Shown here: positions 11,794-24,594 of the stretch, piece after piece
How positions within the stretch are numbered: the first letter of the stretch is position 1
Layout of the letters: each line of letters starts with the position of its first letter
Assembly: GCA_965219135.1 (NCBI GenBank)
Contig: CBDCMV010000003.1
Location: 1,695,980 to 1,759,979, forward strand
Reading direction: 5' to 3'
Length of the DNA stretch: 64,000 nucleotides
From: Alphaproteobacteria bacterium
GTDB taxonomy: Bacteria > Pseudomonadota > Alphaproteobacteria > VGEJ01
Notes under the pieces: generated by a model
Told to the model about the DNA's origin: nothing
Databases searched by the model: none
The model's input: the letters and a program-made list of their open reading frames with translations, nothing else
Program-made: the position numbers and the translations under genes

Positions 11794-13977
11794 TCAGAAC
11801 GGCGCTTCTTTCTCTCGGTTGTCATCTCCCCTCTGGACCTCCGACAGCCGTAACGTCCTTTTCAACATCAACCAAATCAGGGAAAAGGCTTCTCCCTTTG
11901 CTTCCGGTCACACCAGATGTTGATCGGCCTTCTACGTTCCAGGCACGGTTCTTGGACCGTGCCTGGCGATGTGCGGGAGCTTTTGGCCTTGGGGAAGTAG
12001 GTTTCGAGTGCTGTCAGGCAGGCTGGAGGGCCGGTATTCGGCCCCGATTGAGGCGGATCGGAGGGCGGGCGGTGGCTGGCGCCCGGCCTGCCGGGATCAG
12101 CCGCGTTGTCCGACGATGTCGCGGTAGTCGGCGGGTCGGAGGCGCGTGCCGATGCCGAGCAGGGTGTCGAAGGCCGTTGCGGTGTGGCGGCGGCGGTTCC
12201 AGCGGAACACGAACTCGTCGAGATAGCGGCGCAGATGGGCGCGGCGCAGGCCATGGAAGGTTCCGAGCGCCCAGCGCTTCAGGTTCGAGAACACACGATG
12301 GATCCAGATCAGCACGAGATGGGCGGGCGTTGCACCGACGACCTTGGGCTGGTGGTCGTGGTCGGGCAGGCCAGGATAACCGCTCCAGCCATCGGTGATT
12401 ACCCGCGCGCCCGGCGCCGAGGTCCCGGCAACGAAGGCATGAAGGCTGCGCGCGGAGAAATCCCCGATCGGCGCCAGCCGGATGCGACGTGGCTCGCCCT
12501 CGGGCGATAGCTCGACCGCGCCAGCAATGCGCATCTTGCCTTGCCGGCTGCGACCTTGCCCGCCTGTGGTCGGGTCTTTTACGGTGCGGAACGGTAGGGT
12601 GGCCTCATCGATCTCGACCAGGTCCTCAAGCAGGCTGCGATCCGGATCAACCATGGCACGGCGCAGCTTGTGCAGCAGGAGCCAGGCACTCTTGTAACTG
12701 CCGAGCCCGAGCTGGGCCTGGAGTTGCAGGGCGGAGATACCGTTCGAGTGGCTGGTCACGATGTGAACGGCCATGAACCAGGTCTTCAGGGGCAAGTGGC
12801 TGCGGTGCATGATCGTGCCCGCGGTCACCGAAGTCTCCTTCCCGCAGGCCGCACATTCCCAGCTCGCCCGGCGACGCTTCAGTTCCCAGCCCCTGTCATG
12901 GCCGCAGGCGGGGCAGACGAAGCTGTCGGGCCAGCGCTTGGCTGCAAGATGCCGGGCGCAGGAGGCTTCATCGGGAAAGCGCGCCTCGAAGGCGGCGCGG
13001 GACATCGGGCGGTCGTATTTCCAGCGGCTGGCATGACAGAACATTAAGCGAACATTCCGCCGATGGCAACCGCAAACCCAACATGTCGTCAAACCGGGTT
13101 CAGAGGGATAAGCCTTTCAGGGAATAAAGCCGCATGAACAGGTAGTCCTTCTCTCCTGTTTCTCCCACCGGCTCATGGCCGACCTCCGAATGCCTGATGC
13201 GGAGTTCGTTGCCGACCTTGGTCATCGCCTTGAATTCGGTCTCGACGACCGATCGGAAACCAGGGGCATCGTCGGAGATCGCACGATCGATCAGCGCGGC
13301 GGCGCGCGCTTTCTTGTCTTTGCCCCCTTCGATGGTCTTGAGACGCTCGAAGGCATCCCAGAGCTTCTCCATGGCATCCTGTCGTGCCTCCGGCTTCGGA
13401 GACAGGAACCGGTCGATAGCGGTATCGAGAAGACCATCGAGAGCGTCGTCGCCCGTGTGGAAACCCGCTCGTCTCACCAGCTCGGCCATGGGTGCCGGCA
13501 CCGTTCTCTCGATGGCACCACTCTCGCCCAGTTCATACGCAAGACCATTTCGGGAGAAGATGCGATTGATGTCTTCGACGAATTTCTTCAGCCCCGCTTC
13601 CCTATTTAGTTTCAGATGCTGGTGACTGAAGTAGTCGTGCCAACCGACTTGGGTCGGTTCACCGATATTGCGCGCGATGAACTCGATGAAATCCAATATC
13701 GCCAAGGTGGATGGTAAGGAATCCGGCGGGGGCTCCCACGAATAGGGGTCCTTCCCGGCAAGGTCGTGAATCTCCGCACGAACGCGAGCCGAAAAAGCGC
13801 TCCCGTTTGTTCCGTCGATCGCATTTCCGTCGTGGCAGTGTGAGGGGAAGCCGTAGGCCAAGGATCCGTCATCAATCTTGATTTGGATCAGCGACAAGAT
13901 TCCGTCCCATGCGACCTGGTCGATTTTCTCCTCGATCCTCGGATTAGAGCCAATCTGGCGATTGGAGAAGTAATCCG

Positions 13978-13981
<4 letters not shown>
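11794..13981 (-). pseudogene. AbiJ-related protein (tentative) interrupted near its C-terminus by IS1595
   Basis: ORF 13100..13981 has a C-terminal KLWDAFERLKT...GNELRIRH segment; removing the IS and one duplication continues LYSL-IWLMLKRTLRLSEVQRGDDNREKEAPF*. Confidence 0.6.
11885..13116 (-). mobile_element. IS1595-family element, copy 2 (inverted), with 8-bp target duplication
   Basis: Same IRs as copy 1; TCAGGGAA at 11877-11884 and 13117-13124; transposase ends at 12097 and has a 1-bp loss just after the first ATG. Confidence 0.92.
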
Positions 13982-16678
<2,697 letters not shown>

Positions 16679-16743
16679 GCCGGACTGTCCGTCATCAAAA
16701 CATTTGGGACATCTGGGCCTGTTTCTTAACGGAGGCTCTGGCT

Positions 16744-18026
16744 TGGAGTGACCCCCTAAAAGTGGTCCAGATTTGTTAAGAGAGTTTGGCGCGTTTTGCC
16801 CCCTCGAAAGGAGGACAAAATGAGCCGTAAACGCTACACCCCGGAACAGATTATCAGCATGTTGCGCGAAGCCGAGGTGGCCTTGGCGCAGGGCCAGTCC
16901 ATTGGTCAAGCTTGTCGCACGCTCGGCGTATCGGAGCAGAGTTACTATCGCTGGCGCAAGGAATATGGCGGCCTTCGTACTGACCAGGCCAAGCGTCTGA
17001 AGGACCTGGAGAAGGAGAATGGCCGTCTCCGGAAGGCGATCTCGGATCTGACGTTGGATAAGCTGATCTTGAAAGAGGCGCTTGAGGGAAACTGCTAAGC
17101 CCCGCCCGTCGCCGGCGGTGTGTTGATCATCTCCAGGCCGAACTGGGAATCTCCGAGCGACGTGCCTGTGCTGTTGCAGGCCAACATCGCTCAACCCAGC
17201 GCAAGAGACCCCGTAGTCGGGATGATGAAGAGGCACTCACGACCGCGATCATCCGCTTGGCCAGCCAGTATGGCAGATATGGCTATCGGCGGATCACTGC
17301 CTTGCTCAGGACCGAAGGTTGGCACGTGAACGCCAAGCGGGTCCAGCGCATCTGGTGGCGGGAGGGGCTGAAGGTCCCACAGAAGCAACCGAAACGGGGC
17401 AGGCTGTGGCTCAACGACGGATCCTGCATCCGTCTGCGGCCGTGCTGGCCCAATCACGTCTGGTCCTATGACTTCGTCATGGATCGAACACACGATGGGA
17501 GGAAGTTCCGCATGCTCACCGTGATCGATGAGTTCACCAGGCGGTGCATGGCCGTTGTCGTCGAGCGAAGATTGAACTCGGACAATGTCCTCCATTGTCT
17601 GACCGAGCTCTTCGTCCAACATGGCCCGCCGGATCATATCCGTTCCGACAACGGCTCAGAGTTTACCGCTCATGCCGTCCGCGACTGGCTCGGCAGGATC
17701 GGCGTCAAGACCCTCTATATCGAGCCCGGGTCACCTTGGGAGAACGGATACAACGAGAGCTTCAACTCAAAGCTCCGGGACGAAATCCTGAACACGGAGA
17801 TCTTCTCTACACTGAAGGAGGCCAAAGTGCTGATCGAACGATGGCGGCATCACTACAATACCATCCGGCCGCATAGCTCGCTCGGATACAGACCGCCGGC
17901 CCCAGAAACCATCTTGCCAAACGTTGATGGGCCAACCTACGCTGTTGATGGGCTATGGTTGGCCCATCAACTTAACCCGCGCCAAACTCTAACTTAAGCG
18001 CTGGACCACTAATCGGGGGCAGGCCA
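16744..18026 (+). mobile_element. IS3-family element (orfA 16820..17098; orfB to 17997)
   Basis: IRs TGGAGTGACCCCCTAAAAGTGGTCCAG / CTGGACCACTAATCGGGGGCAGGCCA; GGGAAAC slippery heptamer at the orfA end; WSYDF, SDNGSEF, PWENGYNESFN. Confidence 0.92.
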
Positions 18027-18228
18027 ACCTTGTGTCGCCGGAACTAAGTGCATAAGCGGCTCCTCCGTTATCCAATTACCTCAATTTGTCCCATAAGCGC
18101 TGACGGGGAACAGTTCTCAAACGGAAACAAGCCTGTTATGGTGTGGTGACAACGCTGTGCACAGAAACAGCGATCAAGAACGGCACATCAGTGGGGCAAC
18201 AATCATGGGGCAATTAGCAGTGACTTGG

Positions 18229-18450
18229 ATGAAGACGACCGTCGTCGCAATCATCGTGACCGGCGCGCTGGCCACCTCCGGGTGTTCGAGCGAAGGCTTC
18301 ACATGGATCGACGGTGATCGATACCGGTTCCTCGGTATCGAGTCCCGTTGCGCACCCGATGGCTCCCCTGTCCTGTGGCAGCGCGCCAACGATGCCGGTG
18401 ACTTCGGCGCGGTCCAGGCCTCTTCGGCAAACTGCCCCGGCGGGCCATAA
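18229..18450 (+). CDS. Small putative lipoprotein
   Basis: MKTTVVAIIVTGALATSG-C: signal peptide with lipobox-like Cys; two further Cys. Confidence 0.5.
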   Translation: MKTTVVAIIVTGALATSGCSSEGFTWIDGDRYRFLGIESRCAPDGSPVLWQRANDAGDFGAVQASSANCPGGP

Positions 18451-18454
18451 ATAA

Positions 18455-19116
18455 GGGCACCTCTAAGAATTGGTGAGTTGTCGGAGGATATTGTTTAACC
18501 AGGCTGTCACCAGCTCCAGCCATGCCGGAGCCGAGATTTTCGGGGTCTTCCACGCTCCAATTGAGTTATTTCCGCCACAAGACCGTCCCCAGGCGGTCTC
18601 CTTCTCCGAGTATCGTCACACGGCCGCCGCGAGACGCTCCAGTTGGACCAGGCGGCGCATGTTGTAGGCGAGGTTCTTCAACCCGATCCGCGCCTTCGCC
18701 CGCACCAGCCCGACACTACGCACCAGCGTCCCGCCCATGTCGTTGCTCTGGGCCCCGAAGACATGCTCGACGCGGACCCGAACCGACGAACGGGTCTTGT
18801 TGCCCTGCTTCTCGCGCTCGCTCAGCGGCTTGTTGCGGCGGCCCTTGCGATGGATCCGGCTCCGCAACCCCTTCTCCTTCAGCACCGCCTCGATCTCCGC
18901 CGAGCGGTAAGCGCTGTCCGCCCACACACCCAAAGCCGTGTTGTCCCCATCCAGGATATCGTCGAGGACTTGGCTGTCGTGCTCCGCCGCGTCGCTCACA
19001 TGATAGCGCCGCACCAGCTTGTGCCGACGGTCCACGTTGACATGGTTCTTGTAACCGTAATGGCTCTTGCCGTGCTTCTTAGTCCACCGCGCCTCGACAT
19101 CCTTTTGGCGCCGCTT
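18455..19116 (-). mobile_element. IS5-family element, 3' half only
   Basis: Matches the 3' half of 29061..30346 including the IR GGGCACCTCTAAGAATT. Confidence 0.9.
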
Positions 19117-19650
19117 GAGCGGAACTGCGCGCCATCGCCGATCGTCGCGACCAGCGCCGTCGCGGTGATGACACCGACGCCGGGGATCGTCGCCAGACGG
19201 CGGCTCGCCTGGTTGGATCGGTGCCATGCCATAAGTGTCGCCTCCAGCTGCTTGATCCGGGCCTGAGCAGAACAGAGCTGCTCAACCAGGGAGCCGAGCG
19301 CCTCGCGCGCCAGAGGGGGCAGTCGCTCATCACCCGGATCTTCGATGATGGCAACCAGTTCCTCCACCCTCGACGCCCCTTGAGCGACGATCAGTCCGAG
19401 CTCCGCACAGTGCGCGCAGCGCATTGATCACCATGGTGCGTTGACGGATCAGCAACTCACGGGCCCGGTGCAGCATCAGAACCGATTGCTGCTCGGCGCT
19501 TTTCGCCGGTGCAAAGCGCATCGTCGGACGCGTAGCCGCCTCGCAGATCGCTTCCGCATCCGTTGCGTCGTTCTTGTTCGTCTTGACGAAGGGACGTACG
19601 TATTGAGGCGGGATCAGCCGCACTTTGTGCCCGAGTGCCTGCAGCTCCCG
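19117..19650 (-). pseudogene. IS110-family transposase fragment
   Basis: RLIPPQYVRPFVKTNKNDATDAEAICEA and LATIPGVGVITATA, frameshifted; a second small piece (PFVRRNKNDVHDAQAI) lies on + at about 19795-19855. Confidence 0.85.
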
Positions 19651-20116
19651 CCCTCTCTGCCAACGTCAGTGAGACACCGATACCCCGAGGAATTACTGTA
19701 GGGCGGTAGAGGTGAGAACCGATGAAATCAGAAAGAGAGTCGATGACCAGGATGGCGGGCCACGAGGTCCGGCTGTTGCCGGCGAAGACAGTGCGCCCTT
19801 CGTGCGCCGCAACAAGAACGATGTACACGATGCCCAAGCAATCTGGACCGCCGCACGCTCTCGACGACGACTAAGTCGCGTTCGCCCCGGCACATCGCCT
19901 TGCCGTGATCCGGGCCGAACACTTGTGACAGGAACCATCTTCTACGCCTTACCCTGACGGAGAGACAGCGTACAACAAGCCGAGGGTCATCCCCAGTCAC
20001 CCATTAGGTGCCTACAAGTCCACTCGCGGCTCATTCCCTTGCGCCTGCTGGTGCAGCAGAGGGAGGAAGACGAATCGCCCTTAAGGACAAACGCGGTGGA
20101 TTCGCCATTAGCCAAG

Positions 20117-20644
20117 CTAGCCTCCTGCACTCTTCGCCCGGGCGCCGAAACCGCCCCGCGCGACCGTGCGGGTGCGCGCGGGGGGCTGGCCGACCTGAGA
20201 CTTGGCGACTTGCGCGCGGCCGTCGCGGGATACGGTGCCAACGCCGGCGCCACCGCTGGTGTAGAACTGGTTAGGATCTCTGCTGGGGCGGTAGAGCGGT
20301 TGCGAATAAACGCCCGCCAAGCCGCGCGGCGCCAGCATATAGCCGACCATGAACGGAAACCAGAACGAACCGGTGGAGGTTTGCTGTTGATAACACCGGT
20401 CGTGGCCGAACTCGTCGTAGCACGTTGAGGATGTCTGATAACGCGGGGCGACCTCTTCGTGCAACGCCTTGGCCTTGTCGAATTCGGCGCGGCATGTCGA
20501 TTCGTCCTGGACCGCGGCGGCGATGCACGCCTCTGCCGATTCGTAAGTGAGGACTTCTTCTTTCTTTTCGGGCCGGAACACAAAGAACAGCACGACCACG
20601 ACAAGGCCAGCACCAACCCACATCCCCACTTTCTGAAAGGTCAC
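20117..20644 (-). CDS. DUF1190 family protein (YjfM/YgiB-like)
   Basis: N-terminal TM, YESAEAC..C..APRY...C..EFG..C, SFWFPFMVGYM, QPLY, TVARGGFG. Confidence 0.85.
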   Translation of the reverse strand: MTFQKVGMWVGAGLVVVVLFFVFRPEKKEEVLTYESAEACIAAAVQDESTCRAEFDKAKALHEEVAPRYQTSSTCYDEFGHDRCYQQQTSTGSFWFPFMVGYMLAPRGLAGVYSQPLYRPSRDPNQFYTSGGAGVGTVSRDGRAQVAKSQVGQPPARTRTVARGGFGARAKSAGG

Positions 20645-20743
20645 CCGTGAGAACTCCCCAGCCCGCCGGCGCTCGACAACCCTCGCCCCGCACCCAGTAG
20701 GTTAGCCGAAAATGCCTGGTCAGCGCACCTCTTAATCGCCTTT

Positions 20744-21157
20744 TCACGGGGTCATGCTGGCGGCGTTGAGAATGCCGGCCGCGAGCGACGAGGCGCCGAG
20801 CCAGATGCCGGCGGCGATCTCGTTGTTCTCGATGCGCTCTGATACCCGTGGCATCGGCAGCCGCACGAGGAGATATACGGCGATCTGCACGATCAGCGCG
20901 ACCACGCCCCAGATGATCATTTCAAAGATCGTGCGTGAACTGATCATGGCGCTCGCCAGCGGCAGGGCGAAACCGAACACGCTGCCCGAAAAGGCGGCCG
21001 CAGCGGCAACCGAGTTCTCCTTGATCAGCTTGATCTCGCTGTGCCGGGTGATACTGGTATAGACTGCGACGAATACGGCCATCAGCAAGATGGAGACGAC
21101 GAAGAACGCCAAGAATTCCGGCAAATCCGTCAAAAATCTGTTGAGTTCCTCAGCCAT
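20744..21157 (-). CDS. DUF350 membrane protein (YjfL-like)
   Basis: Four hydrophobic segments; Y..IT...EIKLIKENSVAAA, ERIENNEIAAG, GILNAASM. Confidence 0.85.
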   Translation of the reverse strand: MAEELNRFLTDLPEFLAFFVVSILLMAVFVAVYTSITRHSEIKLIKENSVAAAAAFSGSVFGFALPLASAMISSRTIFEMIIWGVVALIVQIAVYLLVRLPMPRVSERIENNEIAAGIWLGASSLAAGILNAASMTP

Positions 21158-21228
21158 TCAAAACTCCTTTTCGGGCGGTCGGGCGTGTCTTGGGGACCTT
21201 CGTTCGGCCGCAGGTTCCCATCTTCCCG

Positions 21229-21906
21229 TCAAATGACTTTCACTGTGGGGAGATCGAGGTCCACGCCGACCATGAGTTCCACTGTCTTTTCCCCTTCGTA
21301 GGCCTCGACCGTGATCAAGAGGTACTCGTTCTTTTTTCCCTCTTCCAGGTTGCGGCCGAACAGCATGACCTGCTGGATGATGTCGTCCGCCTCCTCGGTT
21401 AGAGCATCTTTGTAAACTTCCTCGGCAAACACCACCGGATCGGCGTGGCCCGGCGTCGTGTCGAACCAAATACGTTCATACTCCGTGCCGTCGTCGAACC
21501 GGTAGTTGGGCGCGCCAATTTTGCCGCCCCTCGCGGTCCATTGCGCCCATTCGGCCTCGCTACCCGGATAGATACTTTCATGCGGCACATACAGGGTGAT
21601 TTCTTTGACATGCTGGTCCTCGACGCCGTTGACCGTGACGACCTGGATCATCGTGTCGTCCTCGCCGTAATAGCGGTGCACATACGCGTCGTCGCCGAGA
21701 TCGACGAATCCCTGCGCGACGATCAAGATCGTTTCCTCCGGCAACTCAACATGCAGGTCATCGGCGTGCATGCGCAACGGCAAGGTGTCGATATCAACCG
21801 CGGCGCCGATGCGCAAGCTCAACGGCGTCGGCAATTCATCGTCCTCGCCGCGTCTGGAAAATTTGTGCTTGATGTCGCGCACACCGCTCCTGAAGAGTGA
21901 TTTCAT
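21229..21906 (-). CDS. DUF2491 family protein (YjfK-like)
   Basis: PLSLRIGAAV..VAQG.VDLG...HRYY, YERIW, MLFGR, EYLLI..GVDL; acidic; sits between the channel and DUF350; start codon uncertain. Confidence 0.75.
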   Translation of the reverse strand: MKSLFRSGVRDIKHKFSRRGEDDELPTPLSLRIGAAVDIDTLPLRMHADDLHVELPEETILIVAQGFVDLGDDAYVHRYYGEDDTMIQVVTVNGVEDQHVKEITLYVPHESIYPGSEAEWAQWTARGGKIGAPNYRFDDGTEYERIWFDTTPGHADPVVFAEEVYKDALTEEADDIIQQVMLFGRNLEEGKKNEYLLITVEAYEGEKTVELMVGVDLDLPTVKVI

Positions 21907-21968
21907 ACTGACGCCGATCATGTCGACCATCCTGGCTTTGACGTCGTGTTGTCGGTGCGAGGCACGGC

Positions 21969-23030
21969 CTAACCTGCCTTTAGCGCCGGCCAATCGATCT
22001 CGCCTGGCTCGATCCGCCGCGCCGCCAGGAAATAGGCAATCGTTCCGGGATCGACCCGGTGACCCAACGGCGCGTTTAGGGTGAGGTCGTCGCCCAAGGC
22101 GCTTTCGGCGACGCCAATCAAGGTCGCGTCGTGTTTTTCCTTCAAGGTCGCGAACAGGGCCCCGTAACTCACCGCGCCGGCGTCCTTCGGCACCTTGAGG
22201 CTAAATTGGGTCGGCCCTTCCAGGGTCGACAGCAACTGGCGCTGCACTCGGCTCGAACCGGGATCCTGGGCCGAGCGCACCATGAGCTCGATGGACAGAG
22301 AGACGTTGCATTCGGCGTGCGGACAATGGGCCTTGAGGAGGTCGGCAAAACTCTCGTGGTCGAAATAGGCGACGACATGGGCGTCGGGGTTAACTGCAGC
22401 GGCCCCCAAAGTGGCGGCGAGGGTCTCGCTGTCGTCATGGCCGAGAGCGATAATGTACCAAGCCGTGGCAACCCCGGCGCGGGTCAGCACGTCCGGCGTG
22501 TTGAGCTCGGCGCCGCGGACGAAGCGCACCTGTTCGGGCATCGGGTTCTCGATGTCCTGGGTCGTGCACAAGACGATTTCCCGGTCCTTTTCGCCAATAT
22601 CGCCGCGGAGTTGATCGACCATCCGCTGGGTCCGGAAGCCATGCCAGCCGAGAATGACGATGTGATCCGACAGATTCTCGTAATTCGATTGTCCGCGCAC
22701 GCTTTTCCTCCATCGGTCGGATACCTGTTGCACCGCCTTGGCGATGATCATCGTAAACAGCGCGATGCCACCGGGCATTACCCACAAGACGGTGACCAGT
22801 CGTCCGGCCCAAGTCGCCGGCGAGTAGTCGCCATAACCCACGGTGGTGGCGCTGGAGACGTAAAAGTACCAAAATATGCCGCCCTCGGCTATTTCCTCGC
22901 CGCCTGTAAGGGCGATCACGCCCCAAGATATGGCAAAATGGCAGGCCGCGAGGGCGAATATCGCACCCCAACTCAGCCTGGTGATCCTGGCGTAGATGCG
23001 TTTCGCGACTCTTGACAGTATGATGTGCAT
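21969..23030 (-). CDS. Two-TM potassium channel with RCK/TrkA-N domain
   Basis: Selectivity filter ATTVGYGD between two TMs, then HIVILGW..VRG..L.RAG. Confidence 0.9.
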   Translation of the reverse strand: MHIILSRVAKRIYARITRLSWGAIFALAACHFAISWGVIALTGGEEIAEGGIFWYFYVSSATTVGYGDYSPATWAGRLVTVLWVMPGGIALFTMIIAKAVQQVSDRWRKSVRGQSNYENLSDHIVILGWHGFRTQRMVDQLRGDIGEKDREIVLCTTQDIENPMPEQVRFVRGAELNTPDVLTRAGVATAWYIIALGHDDSETLAATLGAAAVNPDAHVVAYFDHESFADLLKAHCPHAECNVSLSIELMVRSAQDPGSSRVQRQLLSTLEGPTQFSLKVPKDAGAVSYGALFATLKEKHDATLIGVAESALGDDLTLNAPLGHRVDPGTIAYFLAARRIEPGEIDWPALKAG

Positions 23031-23141
23031 TCAAGTCAGCTGACTCAAACGGCTCGCCTATCGCTGCCGACACGCGGCGGCATCTGGCCATAAGCCCAGT
23101 CGATGCACGATTCCGGCGGTTCCGTTCCTGCCAAAAAACAC

Positions 23142-23178
23142 TTGCTTCCCATTTTACATGTAATATGTTACATGTAAA
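23142..23178. promoter_or_regulatory. Putative promoter (TTGCTT-16-TATGTT) overlapped by two TTACATGTAA palindromes
   Basis: TTACATGTAA at 23154-23163 and 23168-23177, in the AT-rich gap between divergent operons. Confidence 0.65.
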
Positions 23179-23191
23179 GATATTGGTTGGC

Positions 23192-23815
23192 GTGGTGGCA
23201 TCGAAAAAGTCGTCCTTCTATCAGTCCCGCTACCGCGCGCGCTTGCGCGAGCGGGGCTTCGTCAAGCGCGAGATTTGGATTCCGCCCGAATTCGTCAAGG
23301 TCCTCAATGACTGTCAGGCGGCGCTCAGGGAGGGCGTTATTCCCTTCGTTCCAAAAACCGTTAGGGAGAGAACCATGAGCCAAGAAAATTGGACTACAGA
23401 GACCCTATGTGCGGCGTTGGCTCAATCGGAGCCCGCGTCTTCCGGCGATCTTGTCGTCGAACTTGTGGACGGTGCCGATCCGGGGATTCTCATCACCATG
23501 ACGGAGTTCGGCGATCTGCCCCTCCTCATGAGCGTCAGCGGCGGCCAGATCCTGGTTGATACCCTGCTTTGGCCCGCGGCTGACGTGGCGGACCCCGCAG
23601 AATTCAACGCCATGATCCTGAAGAGCCACAAGCTCTTGGCGTTGTCGACCTTCGGCATTCGCACGGGACCCGGCGGAAAGGATTACTACGAACTGTTCGG
23701 CGCGCTCAGCGCGGGTTCGATATTGGAGTCGGTCATTTTCGAAATCGAAACACTGGCCGATAACGCAATGCAGGTCGCCGAGGCCTACCAAACGGACCTG
23801 AAGAAGGTCGCTTGA
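23192..23815 (+). CDS. YjfI/DUF2170 family protein with basic N-terminal extension
   Basis: Core EFGDLP..SVSGGQILVDTLLWP..LSTFGI..YELFGALS..EIETLADN; extension YQSRYRARLRERGFVKREIWIP; alternative ATG at 23375 with RBS AGGGAG. Confidence 0.82.
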   Translation: MVASKKSSFYQSRYRARLRERGFVKREIWIPPEFVKVLNDCQAALREGVIPFVPKTVRERTMSQENWTTETLCAALAQSEPASSGDLVVELVDGADPGILITMTEFGDLPLLMSVSGGQILVDTLLWPAADVADPAEFNAMILKSHKLLALSTFGIRTGPGGKDYYELFGALSAGSILESVIFEIETLADNAMQVAEAYQTDLKKVA

Positions 23816-23862
23816 ACGATTGCGCCGCGCCGCGCAACGAATCTAACGAAGGAGTAAGACAT

Positions 23863-24555
23863 TTGAATATTTGGGCGAAAGTCGCGACGGCCGTCCGCGG
23901 CGGCGTCAACGAGGCCGGCGAAGCGATCGTCGATAGGGAAGCGCTGCGCATCCTCGACCAGGAAATCCGCGACGCCGACAATGAACTCATCGGCTCGAAG
24001 GGGGCTCTGATCGGCATCATCGCTAAGCGCAAGCTCGCCGACAAAAAGGTCGCATCCCTAAAGGCCTCGATCAAGGAATATGAAGATTACGCCATGCAGG
24101 CGCTTGACAAGCGCGACGAAACCCTGGCGACGGAAATTGCAGACAAGATCGCCGGGCTGGAAGCCGAACTCGCCGGCGAAGAAGGCGTCGCCAAATCCTT
24201 CGCCGACAGCGAGGCGCAACTTCGCCGCGCCGTCGTCCAAACCGAGGGCAACCTGAAACGGCTCAAGCAACAGGTCGACACGGTCAAGGCGACGGAAATG
24301 GTCCAGCGCGCGCAGTCCGCGGTCGCTGCACGGCACTCCGGCGCCGATTCGAGCATGCGCAACGCCGTCGACAGTTTGGCCCGGCTGAAAACGAAACAGG
24401 CGGAACGCGCTGCGAAGTTCGAAGCCGCCAACGAACTCGCCCGTTCGACCGAAGAGGTCAGTCTCGATGACAAGCTCAAAGCCGCGGGGATCGCCGATGG
24501 CGGCGCGAAGGGCGGCGACGTGTTGGCGCGGCTGAGGGCGCGACGCGGCACGTGA
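23863..24555 (+). CDS. PspA/IM30 family protein (YjfJ-like)
   Basis: TTG start after GGAG; IWAKVATAVRGG..EAIVD..RILDQEIRDA coiled coil; SLDDKLKAAGI..DVLARL. Confidence 0.9.
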   Translation: MNIWAKVATAVRGGVNEAGEAIVDREALRILDQEIRDADNELIGSKGALIGIIAKRKLADKKVASLKASIKEYEDYAMQALDKRDETLATEIADKIAGLEAELAGEEGVAKSFADSEAQLRRAVVQTEGNLKRLKQQVDTVKATEMVQRAQSAVAARHSGADSSMRNAVDSLARLKTKQAERAAKFEAANELARSTEEVSLDDKLKAAGIADGGAKGGDVLARLRARRGT

Positions 24556-24594
24556 TCCGGCCGCGTTGCACCTGGCCGTCCGCGCTCACTCCGC

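Noticed and set aside
16679-17236. Long N-terminus of the 387-aa helicase ORF
   Set aside because: It is the antisense of IS3 orfA; helicase similarity begins at ATG 16678
19640-20110. Possible IS110 non-coding end (bridge RNA) near the IS110 fragments
   Set aside because: Element termini could not be defined and the region is a mosaic of fragments
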